Source: Obrimoposthia wandeli
Lineage: Eukaryota
Direction of reading: 5' to 3'
Assembly (NCBI GenBank): GCA_977020255.1
Contig: CDROCS010000289.1
Coordinates: forward strand, 558,001 to 622,000
Length of the DNA: 64,000 bases
Of the stretch, positions 19,501-32,410 are shown in pieces; the first letter of the stretch is position 1, and every line of letters begins with the position of its first letter. The notes below the pieces were generated by a model. It made no database searches. It was not told the origin of the DNA and worked only from the letters and a program-made list of their open reading frames with translations. The translations under genes were made by a program, and so were the position numbers.

Positions 19501-21309
19501 AATTCATTAAATGTAATAATTATTCAGAAACTTTGTAATTATGAAAGTTGAAAATGATGATCTTGCAAATATAAGTTAGATGAAAGATTAGTAACTATGA
19601 AGACAGCTGGGACAGATTTTTGAAAGTATAAGTTTGAATCTGTTGAAGCAAATGCTAAAGGGCAACCAAGAAAGGCAATACAAATTTTAAATGATTTTAA
19701 TAGAAAGGAAATCAAAAATATTATATCTTAATTATATTTTAAAAGTTAAAAATTCAAGAAAGAAAATTAGATCTATTCAGTTGTTTACAAAATATAACAG
19801 GTTTTAAAATCCAGCGTAAGTTCCTGGAAAAATATTCAATGAGCAAAATACTAAATTATTCAAAAATTTTGAAAGCATCAATAATATTGCTAATATTCGT
19901 CAAGACCAAATATTCGTTATGGTTTCTAGACCAGATGGTGATGTTGAAAATGATGTAGTTTTGGAAATTTTAGATTTAAATTTAAATTATTAAGAACAAA
20001 AAGTGTAATCAATGTCATTTAAATAACATGTTATAATACGTTTGCAGATAATATGCAATAAATGAATAAAGTGAATTTAAGACGAAGCAACAATTTAAAT
20101 TTATCAAATTTATACAAAAGCATATTATTTAAAATAATTTAGATTAGTTCTCGTATTACTTAGAGATGAAAGTTGTAAGAAAAATGAATCTATAATTTTA
20201 ATCTAAATTAGATAGGTGAATGCTCAATATTTTAGTCTGGTTTGTATTTTTTTAACTTTTAGCTAATATATCAAACCTTTTTTGGAGTTTTTATTTTCGT
20301 GGCTCTTGGCTCCTTTGACAAGGAGGCTGAAGAAAATTCTCAAATGAGTTGGCTTTACCAGGGCTTATATTTTTAAACTTTTTACTAATATAACGTTAAG
20401 CAACATTAATTACTCACGTCACATTTATTTCTCTTTCAAAGACCGAGTTCACCAGATCAACCCTGTTCCTATTCCTTTCCCGGGACTGTCTCCGGATGAT
20501 GTCCTGTTTGCCGAACCCTCCTCCTAATCCAGCCACTTTCCACCAATTCCTCTGTTCATCGCCCACCATGGATGCTGCGCACTTGCCTCTGTCCTGAACG
20601 TCCGACTTCTTAGTCGTGTGCACCCAGTCAGCTGTGTCTCCAGTCCGGTCACAGCTTCATCTCAAACTGTTCTCCTGTTTTCCGGCTACATCTCGTTCCA
20701 GACATTACTCTTCTTGATGCCTATTTTGTGTTCAATATATATGTACTATTTTTTGTTGCCTGTGTGGCGGGCTCGGTTCGGGAAAGCGAAGGCAGGCTGT
20801 CGTTATGAACTCATTTTTTCAAAAATCTTGTAGATCTGTATCGACGCGACCGTTTCTTGATAATCAAGGTATTTGTTTAAGTGATTGGACTGCACATTCT
20901 CCGGATCTCAATAAATCAAATAATTATAAACCAGTATATTTTTAATACTATTTAAATGAAGCCTTTAATTAAAATAAAAGCTATATTAGCGTTAAAACCG
21001 ACTGGTATAATATAAAATGTAATTACAAAAAATATTTCTAATGTAAAATTTAATACGTTTATTTATAAATAATATATTTATGTATAACTTACTACTCAAT
21101 AATTTGCGTAAATTAAAAATTCTGTTATAAAATATGATAAATAACGTTATTACACTGTTTTTTGGATTAATATTGTTGGCAAATAGTTTTTGAATAATGC
21201 TTACAGATTTTTTTAAATTTTCTTGTCCTTTCTAATTCTGAACTAAATTTTCTACAGAAAATCATAAAAAAAACAAATTTTATGCAGTATTTTCGACTTT
21301 TCTATTTTC

Positions 21310-22190
21310 AGACTTAATGAAGCGTATTTAATAAAGAGACTGGAACCAGAAACCGACGATAAAGAAATAAAAAATGTTATTCGATGTTTCCAAAACTGTA
21401 AATCTATGGATCCCAATCCGATATCTTGGGAACAATGGAGTTTAAGTGTTGATGATGAATCGACTTGCAATCGATGTTACACATTATCGTGATTTATTGT
21501 ATTTAACAATTGTGGACAGTGGTCCTAGTCGTTTTGCAATTTGGAATGAAGGTGATGGAAATATATCGAACGTTCTGCGTGAAATATTTTAGAAAGAGGA
21601 TCAGTGGAAGAAATTTTATGTAACAATTCAAAAAGCTTTCGTTTATGTGCGTTGTTAGAAATTTGCAAGTACTGGGAAGTGTGCCTACTTTTCAGATGTG
21701 AGTATCGCTCTCACGGAAATGGAATAGTAGTGCAAAATAATAGAACAATCAAGAGGATGACGGCGCAAATAAATAGAAAGCCAATTGAAATGGTTTACCT
21801 TTATATCACAACTCCAAAAATCAAGCAGGATAGTGCTACGGTTCCGGAAACACTACACGGGAAAAGAGAATGGATCGAGAGAAAGAGTCTACGTCAAGCC
21901 AACAGATGGAAGGTGCGCAAGTCAGAGGCAGATAGGAACAGTGACAGGTGGAAAAATCCTCTACATAGGTAGGTGTCGATGACATCTCGCGTCATGTCTC
22001 CCATATAAGAACGACTGCCACAGAGGTTATCGAAGAAACTAACGAAAATTGTAACCTCGTGGCCCCACAAGACAAGCAAACAGTAGACGCAGACGATCCA
22101 GCTCTAAATTCTTGAGACGAAAATCAGCATACCTGTCAGACTACGTAGAATGATGTCATACAACATCTCGGGGGCCTGTGAATAATTTGT
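21310..22190 (+). mobile_element. Gypsy-type LTR retrotransposon integrase relic with PPT and start of 3' LTR
   Basis: CxxC zinc-finger end, RLAIDVTHY...YLTIVDSGPSRFAIW, GNGIV..NNRTIKRM, VDDISRHV, AYLSDYVE*; G-run at 22170-22174 followed by TGT at 22177. Confidence 0.85.
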
Positions 22191-22445
22191 TTATATATTC
22201 GGAATTAATCTGCAGAAGTTTGAAAAGTTGAATACAAGTGACTTCTCGACATCTTTGATTTTTACTATGGAACAGCTTGCTTATGTCTTAAATTTACGTT
22301 TTTTAATCCGGCATTGCCGAGAGTAGTTTAAAAGGAAATTATACTACCATGATAATTTTCTGTTTACGGGTGAAACAGAGATGAACATTTCCCTTCATCC
22401 AAGCACTATTTTTTTTCAGACATAACTTACATGTGTCGTACTTAC

Positions 22446-22721
22446 TTGAAGAACACGTATAGTGCGGCCTGATAACGCTGTTGGAGATTGGGCTGCTGGT
22501 AGAGTCAGCAGCACATCCATGACCATGTTCATAATGTTGAGCGGGAGCCAGCTCAGCGAGAAGATGAGTGCGATCATCAGTAGCATCACATTGGTGCGCC
22601 GCTGTCGTCGCTGCTCAAGGTCACGCTTTCGCTGCTGCACGTCGCCGAGAGTGCCGACCAGAGTCGCAGTTGTGGAGTTTGCTGTTGTGGATTTTGGCTC
22701 CGTACAGTTGGAGTGGTTGAT
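22446..22721 (-). CDS. NPY/NPF-receptor-like GPCR, exon with ICL3, TM6 and ECL3 (5' boundary 22721 or 22775)
   Basis: RRTNVMLLMIALIFSLSWLPLNIMN is the NPF-receptor-type TM6. Donor CAA|GTAAGT at 22445, phase 0. Two phase-0 acceptors are possible (GAGCAG|ATC or TTTCAG|AGT). Confidence 0.88.
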
Positions 22722-22939
22722 CTGCTCAGCCGATGGCCAGGTAAATACGATTAGACAGATTCTGTAAGTATTACTCTGAAATTTTGCCTATAATACGCAT
22801 CTGTGCACTACAATTTTATGAAATTATTCTGTCACATTCAAAAAAATGCTTCATTTATTTTTCATATTATTATAACAGTTTTAAAATTCTGTGAAAATAT
22901 CAAAAGTAGAAAATTAATATATATTATTAACATTTGAAC

Positions 22940-23490
22940 AAAAATTTATATTGATCAGATTAAAAATATTTAGGAATTTTCATACCTGATTACGTATGTG
23001 AAAAAGAAATGTTTAAGATTGAAGTGGATTCTAGTCTTATTTTAGAGATAATCTCAGTTATGTGATTGGTACTCATTTAGAAAGAGGCCTATGAGATATT
23101 TCATTATAGATTATTGAATACTATGTTGCTGCTGATGAAAAAACATAACCTCTTTGAACTTTGGATGATGAAAATATTGTATGTTATATTTTTGTTGATT
23201 TAGTAAATGTATTGAAATTAATTTTTGTATTATGTTTTTTTATTTCTTTAAAACATATATAAGCCTGACCTTAAAAACGATTTAAATAGTGCAATAGACA
23301 CTAAGATTTTTTACAAATATTCATTAATTTTAAGATTATACACAAAAAACATGAATTTTTATTCCAGACACATGTAAGGGCTTAAATGACATATTCTTGT
23401 TTGCCCTCCTCCACCTCAGGGGAAGGGATGGACGATGGTGGAGATTAGACTGAACAAATTCACCTCTTCATAACAATATTATACTTTCTG
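22940..23490 (+). mobile_element. Maverick relic: gene B 3' half and right terminal repeat
   Basis: Colinear, roughly 70% similar by eye, to 6585-7265. Confidence 0.8.
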
Positions 23491-23899
23491 GTTATGGATT
23501 CAAAAATAATTGTTGCTTTTCTTTACATTTTAGTTATTTAAATGATGAATTGGATAGTTTTATATTACACAGAAATAATTTAACCTTATATATGTACCTT
23601 TAAACTTTTTTTATCAATATTTATAATTTTATAAATACTAAGGAAAACATTTTGGGTCAACTAAAACTCAAATTTATTTATATCAATATTTTCTCAAACA
23701 ACAAAATTTGATGTAAATCAAACTACAAAGTTTCAAATTAACAGCTTCATAGAAATCTGGTAGAAAATCCTTTAATTAGCTTTGTGTCTATAAGTAGAGT
23801 TCCAAAGTTCGATGCAATTCAATGTATTTTGATACAGTTGGATGGAAAATTATCAAAATTTTAAAGATATATAAACATATGTACCCAAAAAGCTGAAAA

Positions 23900-24200
23900 T
23901 GGCATTAAAATATACATTCAGTTCTGCTTTATTATCATACGCCTCAACTGGTAGCTTTTGTTTGAATCAAATTAATACGAAACTTCTTTACGCGAGTTAG
24001 ATAATCCATTATTCTCTGATATCCCTGTTTAAAGCTTTCGGTTCCAACTTTTGAAAGAATATTTTAATATGTTTAGTAGTCGAATTTCCATAGACAAAAA
24101 CTTTATAAATGTCAGTAAGTGTCGAAGTTGTTAATCCACCGCCTTTTCGCTAATCCACAACAATAACCATCACTAAATTATGGTAATATCTTCTAAATTT
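23900..24200 (-). mobile_element. Possible non-LTR retrotransposon APE endonuclease relic
   Basis: D*RKGGGLTTS...GN resembles the R...GGG motif of LINE endonucleases; very decayed. Confidence 0.35.
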
Positions 24201-25865
24201 TCATTTTTTTATATTGTTTTGGTTCATTGCTGGTCTTGAATGAGACAAACCAAAATGTTTTCTTAAACATTACCAACCTTTCCTCAAGGCAACCATGAAA
24301 CAACTAATCATTATCAGACATATATCTAAACAAAACTTCAACAACTGTTTTACTCCCAGGACCTTTACTTAAATAGCTGTAATGATCAACGAAATTAGGA
24401 CGAAACAAATGGATATTCTTTAGAGACATTTATATTTATTTCACGCTCCCATTAAAGCAATCCTTTCAATCCTCTGACACACAATTCACAATTACAACTC
24501 ACATGACTGAACGAATACACTATATCACATACACACATGATCACGTACCCAATCAAACACGCACATAACCACAAGCATACATACAAAACAGTACGAACAA
24601 GGAATTTAAAAGTGTAGTTCGTTTCCTAGGCTATATTGGCCCATTCAAATTTCCTCATTAATTGTTGATTAAGCAAAACAAAATTAGATACAGATACATG
24701 GCTTATACATTTTTTAATTAAAAAGCTCAGGTAAATACAAATAAGAACATATTAAGATAATAATGGAAGGTAAAAACTAGAGCCACTAAATATTTTTAAG
24801 ATAACCATTTTCAGAATTTAAATCTTTATAAATGAATAAATTGCATTTATATTAAAAACGATTTTGTTGGTGCTGACATAATTTTCGAAATAATGTTTCA
24901 CTTATAAGGAATTTATGACAACAACAAAAAACACGTAAAATCATTGAAAAAGCTCAAATGAAAACATTTATACAAACGAGACAAATACTTTTAAGTTAAA
25001 TGGAAACTCAAAATCAATAGAATTCCCCCTTGGTTACAGAATGTCTGAAAGGGAGAGTTCATAGTGCATATACAAAATCCATAATATGTCATTTAACTTT
25101 TTAGTAATTTTTGTTAAAAATAAACGTATATATTTACATCTTAGTTGGTTTTTCAAATGCTGACTTGTTTTTAGGTTTTCGGTGTATTGTATACAGAATT
25201 TGAATTTTCCAACGCTCTTCATATTGGATGAAAGAATATTTGTTTAGATTTCTAGCCTTGGCTGATATATAGTAATTTTTTGTTAAAAATGTTTTTTCTA
25301 GACAATTCTATTTGATTCAATTAATTGGCCTCTACCACAGCGAAAGAAACTTAAGTGCACCGTCATTATATTATAATATTGTTGGGGTTTCTATACGAAA
25401 CTTGGTACAGATCCTCTTGAATGCGGAGGGCCCCAACGTGAGTTCGATTAGAAGCAGGTCTTAAAGTTGGTCGTGGCCTACTTAGTTTTATGGTTGCCTA
25501 ATCTCTTGTACTATCTGAAGGTATTTGATTTGATGTCTCTTAGTCTGAAGGGTGTAAAAACAACTTGTTCTAATGTAGGAAATTGTTTATTTGTAATTCA
25601 CGTAACTAACACAACAATACGTTTATGTACGTATTTCTAAAAAGTATGATAAAATTCCTAACGGACTTCTGTAAGTCTCTACAAGAAGTGGGGATGAACC
25701 ACGTATCGATTTTACGTTCAGGTGATTAACCTTTTAGGTTTATTCTTCTTACTTAGGTTGGTTAATCTATAACGCAACTCTCTTAAATTTCTTCGCTCCT
25801 ACTTCTGATCTCTAGATAAAGTTTCTTGATTCCTTAACTCTTATCTGGTGTGTGTTTGACCCCGA

Positions 25866-26324
25866 ATTGTTCACTGTGAACAATGGGTCTCCTAAAAACC
25901 TAATTGTCGAGATGACAATAAAAACTTACTCCTAATTGTCAACTATGGACAATGAACGAGCCGAATTGTCAGCTAGGGACAATGAGTCTTACCGAATTTT
26001 CAGCTAGGGACAATGAGTCTTAACGAATTGTCAACTAGGGACAATGAGTGTTTATCCGAATTGTCAACTAGGGACAATGAAGGAACCTAATTGTCAGCTA
26101 GGGACAATGAATCTTACGGGCAAAAAGTCTGGGTGTGATTCCTAATTGTCGCTGGGGACAATGAATAAATGGCCGATCTTAATTACCAACTAGGGGCAAT
26201 GATTTTGTTAAAGAGTCGGAAATCCTAATTGCCAGCTAGGGGCAATGAATATGTTTAATAGTTTAAAATTTAGAATTACCAACAAGGGGTAATGACAGTA
26301 TCCTAATTGCCAACTAGGGGCAAT
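25866..26324. repeat. Array of 13 palindromic repeats (ATTGTC-N5-7-GACAAT) with variable short spacers
   Basis: Copies start at 25866, 25903, 25935, 25965, 25996, 26027, 26060, 26090, 26145, 26182, 26228, 26275 and 26306. Confidence 0.9.
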
Positions 26325-26448
26325 GAATAGTTTAGTTGGTGTTCTTACCAGTTACTGCGACTAGTGGGACGTCCGATGCGGATCCGTAGGTCTTTCGGAA
26401 TCTTCTTCGAAGCAGAGATTATCCCTTGTGTGAGGTTTGAGTACACGC

Positions 26449-26832
26449 TTGAATACACTTTGACTTTGAACCTTTAATACACTTTGACTTTGAACCTTGA
26501 ATACACTTTGACTTTGAACCTTTAATACACTTTGACTTTGAACCTTGAATACACTTTGACTTTGAACCTTTAATACACTTTGACTTTGAACCTTTAATAC
26601 ACTTTGACTTTGAACCTTTAATACACTTTGACTTTGAACCTTTAATACACTTTGACTTTGAACCTTTAATACACTTTGACTTTGAACCTTTAATACACTT
26701 TGACTTTGAACCTTGAATACACTTTGACTTTGAACCTTTAATACACTTTGACTTTGAACCTTTAATACACTTTGACTTTGAACCTTTAATACACTTTGAC
26801 TTTGAACCTTTAATACACTTTGATTTTGAACC
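26449..26832. repeat. Minisatellite, 16 x 24 bp (AATACACTTTGACTTTGAACCTT(T/G))
   Basis: Directly visible; almost perfect, with one T/G variant position. Confidence 0.97.
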
Positions 26833-29800
26833 TGTAATACAATCAATTAATTTTTTCTCCAAACCAAATCACTACCTGGTTCCGTGGTTGATCCCGTATT
26901 TTGTGTTTGTGAATTGTGTTTATTTGTATCTCCTTATATAAAGGCCTTCTTGTCAATCAATGACAGCTGATAATTGTTGCTGGAAATAGGAGAACTGAGA
27001 TCTGTCGCTCAATCGACAGCTGAAAAATAAAATTTAGTTTACTGCACGAAAATGTGCTTACCTCTTGAATCCTTGATTGACGTTTTTAATTAACTCTTAA
27101 TTTTCTGACTTTCTCCTTAATTAATTTTTTGTCGTTGTCCTTTTGGTTAATTAACTCTAAACTTTTATACATTTTCGCATAATACACGACCTTCGTGGTC
27201 CTCCTAATTTTTACCCTAAATTCCACTAATTTTAATTCTAAAACTTAAATTAATATTTTAATTTAATTTTCAACCTTGCTTTCAAGGATTTTTATTTTAG
27301 TATTTAATCGACTAAAATATTTAATTTTCTTAATTCTCAATCCTAACAATATGTCATGAAACAATAAACGGAAAATAGTACAATTTAAAATAAATAAAAT
27401 TCAAAAATTTTAAAATTAGTTTACTTCATATCGTACAATTTCTAAAATGAAATTATTTAACTTGTATTATCCATGTACCTTTATAATAAAGACTAAATCA
27501 GTATTAGTAATAAATATTCATTATTATAAATAACCATATCTTTAAGTTAATGATTACATTTCAAAAGTTTGGATACTAATATTTTAAAAGGTAAGAAAAT
27601 GGCATAAAGTCATAATATGACTTTATACTATTTTGATAAGCCTTTGAACTATCTTTGCATTCATCAATAATTGAAAATAATTACAGTATTGTAGATAGAA
27701 TTGGTCACTTATCAAAGTCCATAGAAACTATATAGTGATAGTTTCACTTTTGAAAACATACAAATTTGAATGTTTATAAAACTGAACCATTTTCATACAT
27801 ATTTGATCAATGGAGACCAAACGGTTCTCTGTCGATATTCCCCTTATATACTAATTATTATTTTTTAATTATTAACGTTTGTTGCATTTTCTAGTTGTAA
27901 GATCATAATATGTATATGCATATTAATATATAAACCAAATATGAACTTACATGTTTTGAGATAAATTAAATTTAATTCGGGGGCTCATTCTTTTCTCATG
28001 GCTAAGGCAAAGAAAACTAATAAATCAACTGTCCCATCTCTTGAAGTTACTACAGAATTGCATTATTTCACAATACGTCGTATTTAAAAGTATATAAGAT
28101 TAAACTTTTACCACAGTTTTGTTAGTTTTCCTTATAAATATATATTCAAGAATAATATTTGGTTTTTATCAATAAAAATAACAATAATATATTTAAAATA
28201 AATATATGATTCATTACTCAAAAGCACTTCATGTTTCTCATTATTCTTCGTAGTGTTTTCTGAATATGCTTCAGGTGCTTCTAGAACTTTCCAACATTCT
28301 TAAAAAAAGTATTCACCAAAATCAGATAATTAGAATGTTTGATTAGCGAAGTTGTTTGAGGATAAGGGTGATATTAAGGTAAAAATTAATTCTGATGTAA
28401 TATATTTATAGTAAGTATGATGATTTAATTAAAATAAATATTTAGTGTATATTGTATTTTAAATTTTATAAAATTCATTAAATGATTGTAAAAAAACATT
28501 TTAATTGACCATGGTGTTTTTTGTTGTCAACTTAATCGTTTTATGTTCCTCCAACTTCTTCTTTAGTAATTTTGTGATATACAAAATAATTTTGAAAGAA
28601 AGGTTTTTCATAAATATTATCAAGATAGTTATAAAAATCAATTACTTTTCTTTTTTTTAAGGGAAAGGCTCAAATTTACGAGATGAAATATTGTCTCTGG
28701 ACTATTAACATATGTATGAGAATAATTTTTATACCACATATAAACCTTTCAAATGTAGCTTTGGCGTCTAGGAAGACATACTGACAAATCACAATTACTT
28801 GGAGCTGATATTTCAAGAACCCTTACAATGTTGATTTAAAGAGGCAGTTTCCTATCTGTAGATTCTTTAGTAAAAATAGCTAAAATGAGTGAAATGTAGA
28901 ATTTTTATTGAGTGGGATTTAACATAATAAATTATTTGTGTTTGAGTATGCTGAAAATACTATGAAGTTCTTCAAAGACGAAAATAAAAATTGAATGTGT
29001 TCTTTTAAGATACATCTTTCTTTAAATAAAATTATTTCGATTGCCTTCGAATATATATAATATTTCTTTATTCTATGGAACACTGCAATTTATTATTTAT
29101 TTGTTTCTTTTACATAATTAGTTACTACAAACAACTTTTTCCGACATAAATGTCATTATGTTGACTTTGTAAGACAACAAAATAAAAGTTATAGAAATAG
29201 AAGGGGATGAAAAATATAGAAAATTATATACATCAAACAGAGCCCTGCAACGACAGTGGTGGGAGAAAATTGTCCCAATAATTTTATTCCTCATTGGTAG
29301 TTCTGCTTAAGTCGTATAATTTTTTAGATGGTAAAATATGGTTTTTGAAAATTTTTGGGTATTAATTATTTTAAAATTTGGATTTATTTTATAAAATACT
29401 CTATTAATATAATTTCAAACACATTTAATGTGAAAAATACTACTAATAAAATCAACAATTAAAGCCAACAATTAACAGAGCTCGAATATACTTAAAATAC
29501 TGTCTCAAACTTAATCAAGATGATGATGAATATGGGTATGGCGTTGACGTATATTACTGATACTAAAATTACCTCTATCTCGTTACCTGTTGTGGTCAAA
29601 GAAAGCCGGGCCAGCTGAGATTGAGAATTTAGTCAAAATTTACTACCAGAAATTTCTTCATATAGTTGATTGTTTCTATGTGATACTTGCGAAGGAGATT
29701 AGCTAATTTAATATTCATTATTAACGAACTATGGGGTGTGCGTGTTTGTTAGTTTTACAAAATTTCAGGTACTTTTTATAATGTAGGACTTTAATCTAGT

Positions 29801-30965
29801 GACCAATTTTGCTAAATTACACCATTTTTGATTACGAATAATTTATGCTTTAAAGTGGTGTTTGATTCATAATTGTACAATTGCATATAAATAAATCTTT
29901 AAAGTTTAATTAATTAGGGTTTAGATAAACTAAAATGACGTTGTTTCTGAATTATTTTTCATACATAGTTCGGTATTATTCTGATTCTCAAATAAGTGCA
30001 TTGAATATAAAGTTATTCATAAGATTAATAAATTTACATAGAATTAATTAATATTTCCTGTAGATCAATGTACCGAAGCTAACAAATTATTTATATGAAT
30101 AAAATTTAATAAATATTTCAAATATTTGACTGTTATATTAAATTTTATATTATATTAAATACATTGTATAATACTTTATCATATGACTTTGTTCATATTT
30201 TGTCTCAGCTAAAATCAACATTTAAATGTTTAGGTTTAATTAATTGGTCAAATGTATGTAATTTATTTATAGAATGTTGGGTATGTTTTATTGTTACAAA
30301 TATAATAATTTCATTTCAATAGTTTTATTTTATTCATGAAATATTCTTAAAAATATCAAAATTAAGAACCATTGTTGTGCTCTATTTTAAAATGAAATAA
30401 AATCCTAAAAATATGATAAAAAATATAGCAAAAGATTTTTAAAATATAAAATATGTGTAGAAAAATAAAAAGTGTGACATAAATAGAACTAATGAAGTTT
30501 TTATAAGAAAATTAAATGTTCCATTTTATTATTTAATCAATTTTAATTTCAACGTTTAGTCGGGGTTTCGTTTTATCAGATCCCATAATCACGACAGATC
30601 GAAAATATCACATTAATTAATTGGTATAGACAGCGGTTTTATCATTTATCTTTGATAACCCCAACATATACAGCAATATTAATAAGATTAGATTTCGTAT
30701 ATCGAGGTTTTATCACCAAGTACCATCAGGATTCACTTGTAGAGGTCATCTAGTGCCGTTAATAATTAATTGGAATAACAGGCTCTTTTACAATGGCCGG
30801 CCTTATTTGTTACTAAGTCACCCTTGTCATCTTGAGGCGTTTGTTAACTCTAAGCTGCTGCTATGTATCGTTCATTATAGTCATTGAAGCGGTTTATGTT
30901 TTACAATTTTTAAATACTTTTAATCATAATTCTTAAGAAAATACATTTTCACTTTCCTTTATTAA

Positions 30966-31120
30966 CCCATTATATCCCAGCGTCCTCATTTGAGGACACT
31001 CACATTTTTCATGTGTGGTGATCTAAATAGTACGCAAGGATTAAATTGAATATATGTACCGTATTTATGACAATAATTTTATTATTACACACAATAATTA
31101 AAAACTTGGGATATAATGGG
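30966..31120. mobile_element. piggyBac-type MITE (155 bp)
   Basis: Perfect 14-bp TIR CCCATTATATCCCA; TTAA on both sides (30962-30965, 31121-31124); subterminal palindrome GTCCTCA-TT-TGAGGAC. Confidence 0.88.
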
Positions 31121-31899
31121 TTAATGTCATCTACAAGGTCAGATATTCAGAATATATCATGGTTATTTAAAATTAGCACGTACCAAAAATTGCAAAAGGA
31201 CAATGTTATATGAACAGTTCGTACGGCAATAACTGTGTACTACAAGCCCAATTTGAAGAAGAGGAAACTCGACCTGCATTATTATATCATTAGATTCAAA
31301 TAACTAAGTGGACCCGGTATATTTAGGTTTACTACTTGAGGGTTTTGAAATGTTAACGATAAGGCAAAAATTTCAATGTACCAATTATGTGTATTTAAAT
31401 ATAATCTGCATATATATAAAAATATATTAAAAAATTGATACGCTTTTTTTCTTTTTGACACTAATGTTTCGATTTAAAAATCGAACCCTGACCTTTAAAA
31501 AAATAATTTAATTAACTTTCGTCTCGGAAATTCTGCTAAGCTTACATTGATTCGAAAGAGATTAAAAAATAATTTGGAATCTCCCATTCGATTCTTTTAG
31601 CATAATCTTTAAACTCCGACAGTAAATTTTGGTGTAGAATATTATGAACTGTTGAGGGGGGATATTCAAAATAGAATAAATAATACGTACTTTTATTCGA
31701 CTATCTATATGAATTCTTTTACATATTTAGTCTTCAATTGAAGCAGTATCTGCTGGTAACTACAGGAATAATTATCCAAAAATGTTTGTCACCATAATAC
31801 ATATTACTTTAAATTACAAGTTTTAAAAAATCCATCTTGAATTTCTTTTTTGTCTTAAAAAAATTTTGCGAACACTTGAGTAGGCGGTTTTTGTGTCTT

Positions 31900-32410
31900 T
31901 CCGCAATTTAGTTGTGATATTAGAATTGTTGCTGGGGATACTGATAGTTTCTTCTTGAAATGTAGAAATGTTGATGAATAAGCTCAATTGTTACCAGAAA
32001 TGATTTCTGATAAATTATTAGATACATCCAAGTAACCTAAAACTCACCCTATTTATTCAACTAGTAACACAGCCAAAGAAAAGTTTAAGAATGAAAGTAA
32101 GGGTGTTTGTACTTTTATGTATTTTCCTTCATCCAAAATGTTATAGCCTAAAAACTAGCAATGATAAGTCACATATGAGAACAAAGGGAATATTAATTAA
32201 ACATATTAATATAAAACACGAAAATTATTTAGCTGTTTACGAGACAGGTATAAGTGATCGTGTTCAACAAATTCATATTACTCCCCTTAATCACCAGCTA
32301 TATACTATGCATTTATCCAAAATAGCATTGGGTAATGTGGATGAAAAGCGGAAATGGGTGGAAAATAATTTGTCAATCGTTTATAGTCATTATCTCGATC
32401 CGGAATGAAT
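31900..32410 (+). mobile_element. Maverick pPolB C-terminal relic
   Basis: RIVAGDTDSFFL, LDTSK*PKTHPIYS, KFKNE, LHPKCYS, RTKGI, HQLYT, SKIAL...DEKR; stop at 32408. Confidence 0.85.

Larger units (their letters stand above)
25380..27348 (-). mobile_element. Long solo LTR (1969 bp) with perfect ATAT target-site duplication, probably Gypsy-type
   Basis: Sense termini TGTTAGG...CCCCAACA; ATAT at 25376-25379 and 27349-27352; TATAAAAG at 27162-27169; conserved AATAAA at 25586-25591. Confidence 0.9.

Noticed and set aside
25866-26324. CRISPR-like appearance (palindromic repeats with variable spacers)
   Set aside because: Animal genome, no cas genes, spacers short, uneven and partly similar to each other, and the array sits inside an LTR with a TSD.
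26361-26862. ORFs of 161 and 147 aa made of 8-aa repeats
   Set aside because: By-products of a stop-free 24-bp minisatellite; both start at TTG and the strand has no ATG.
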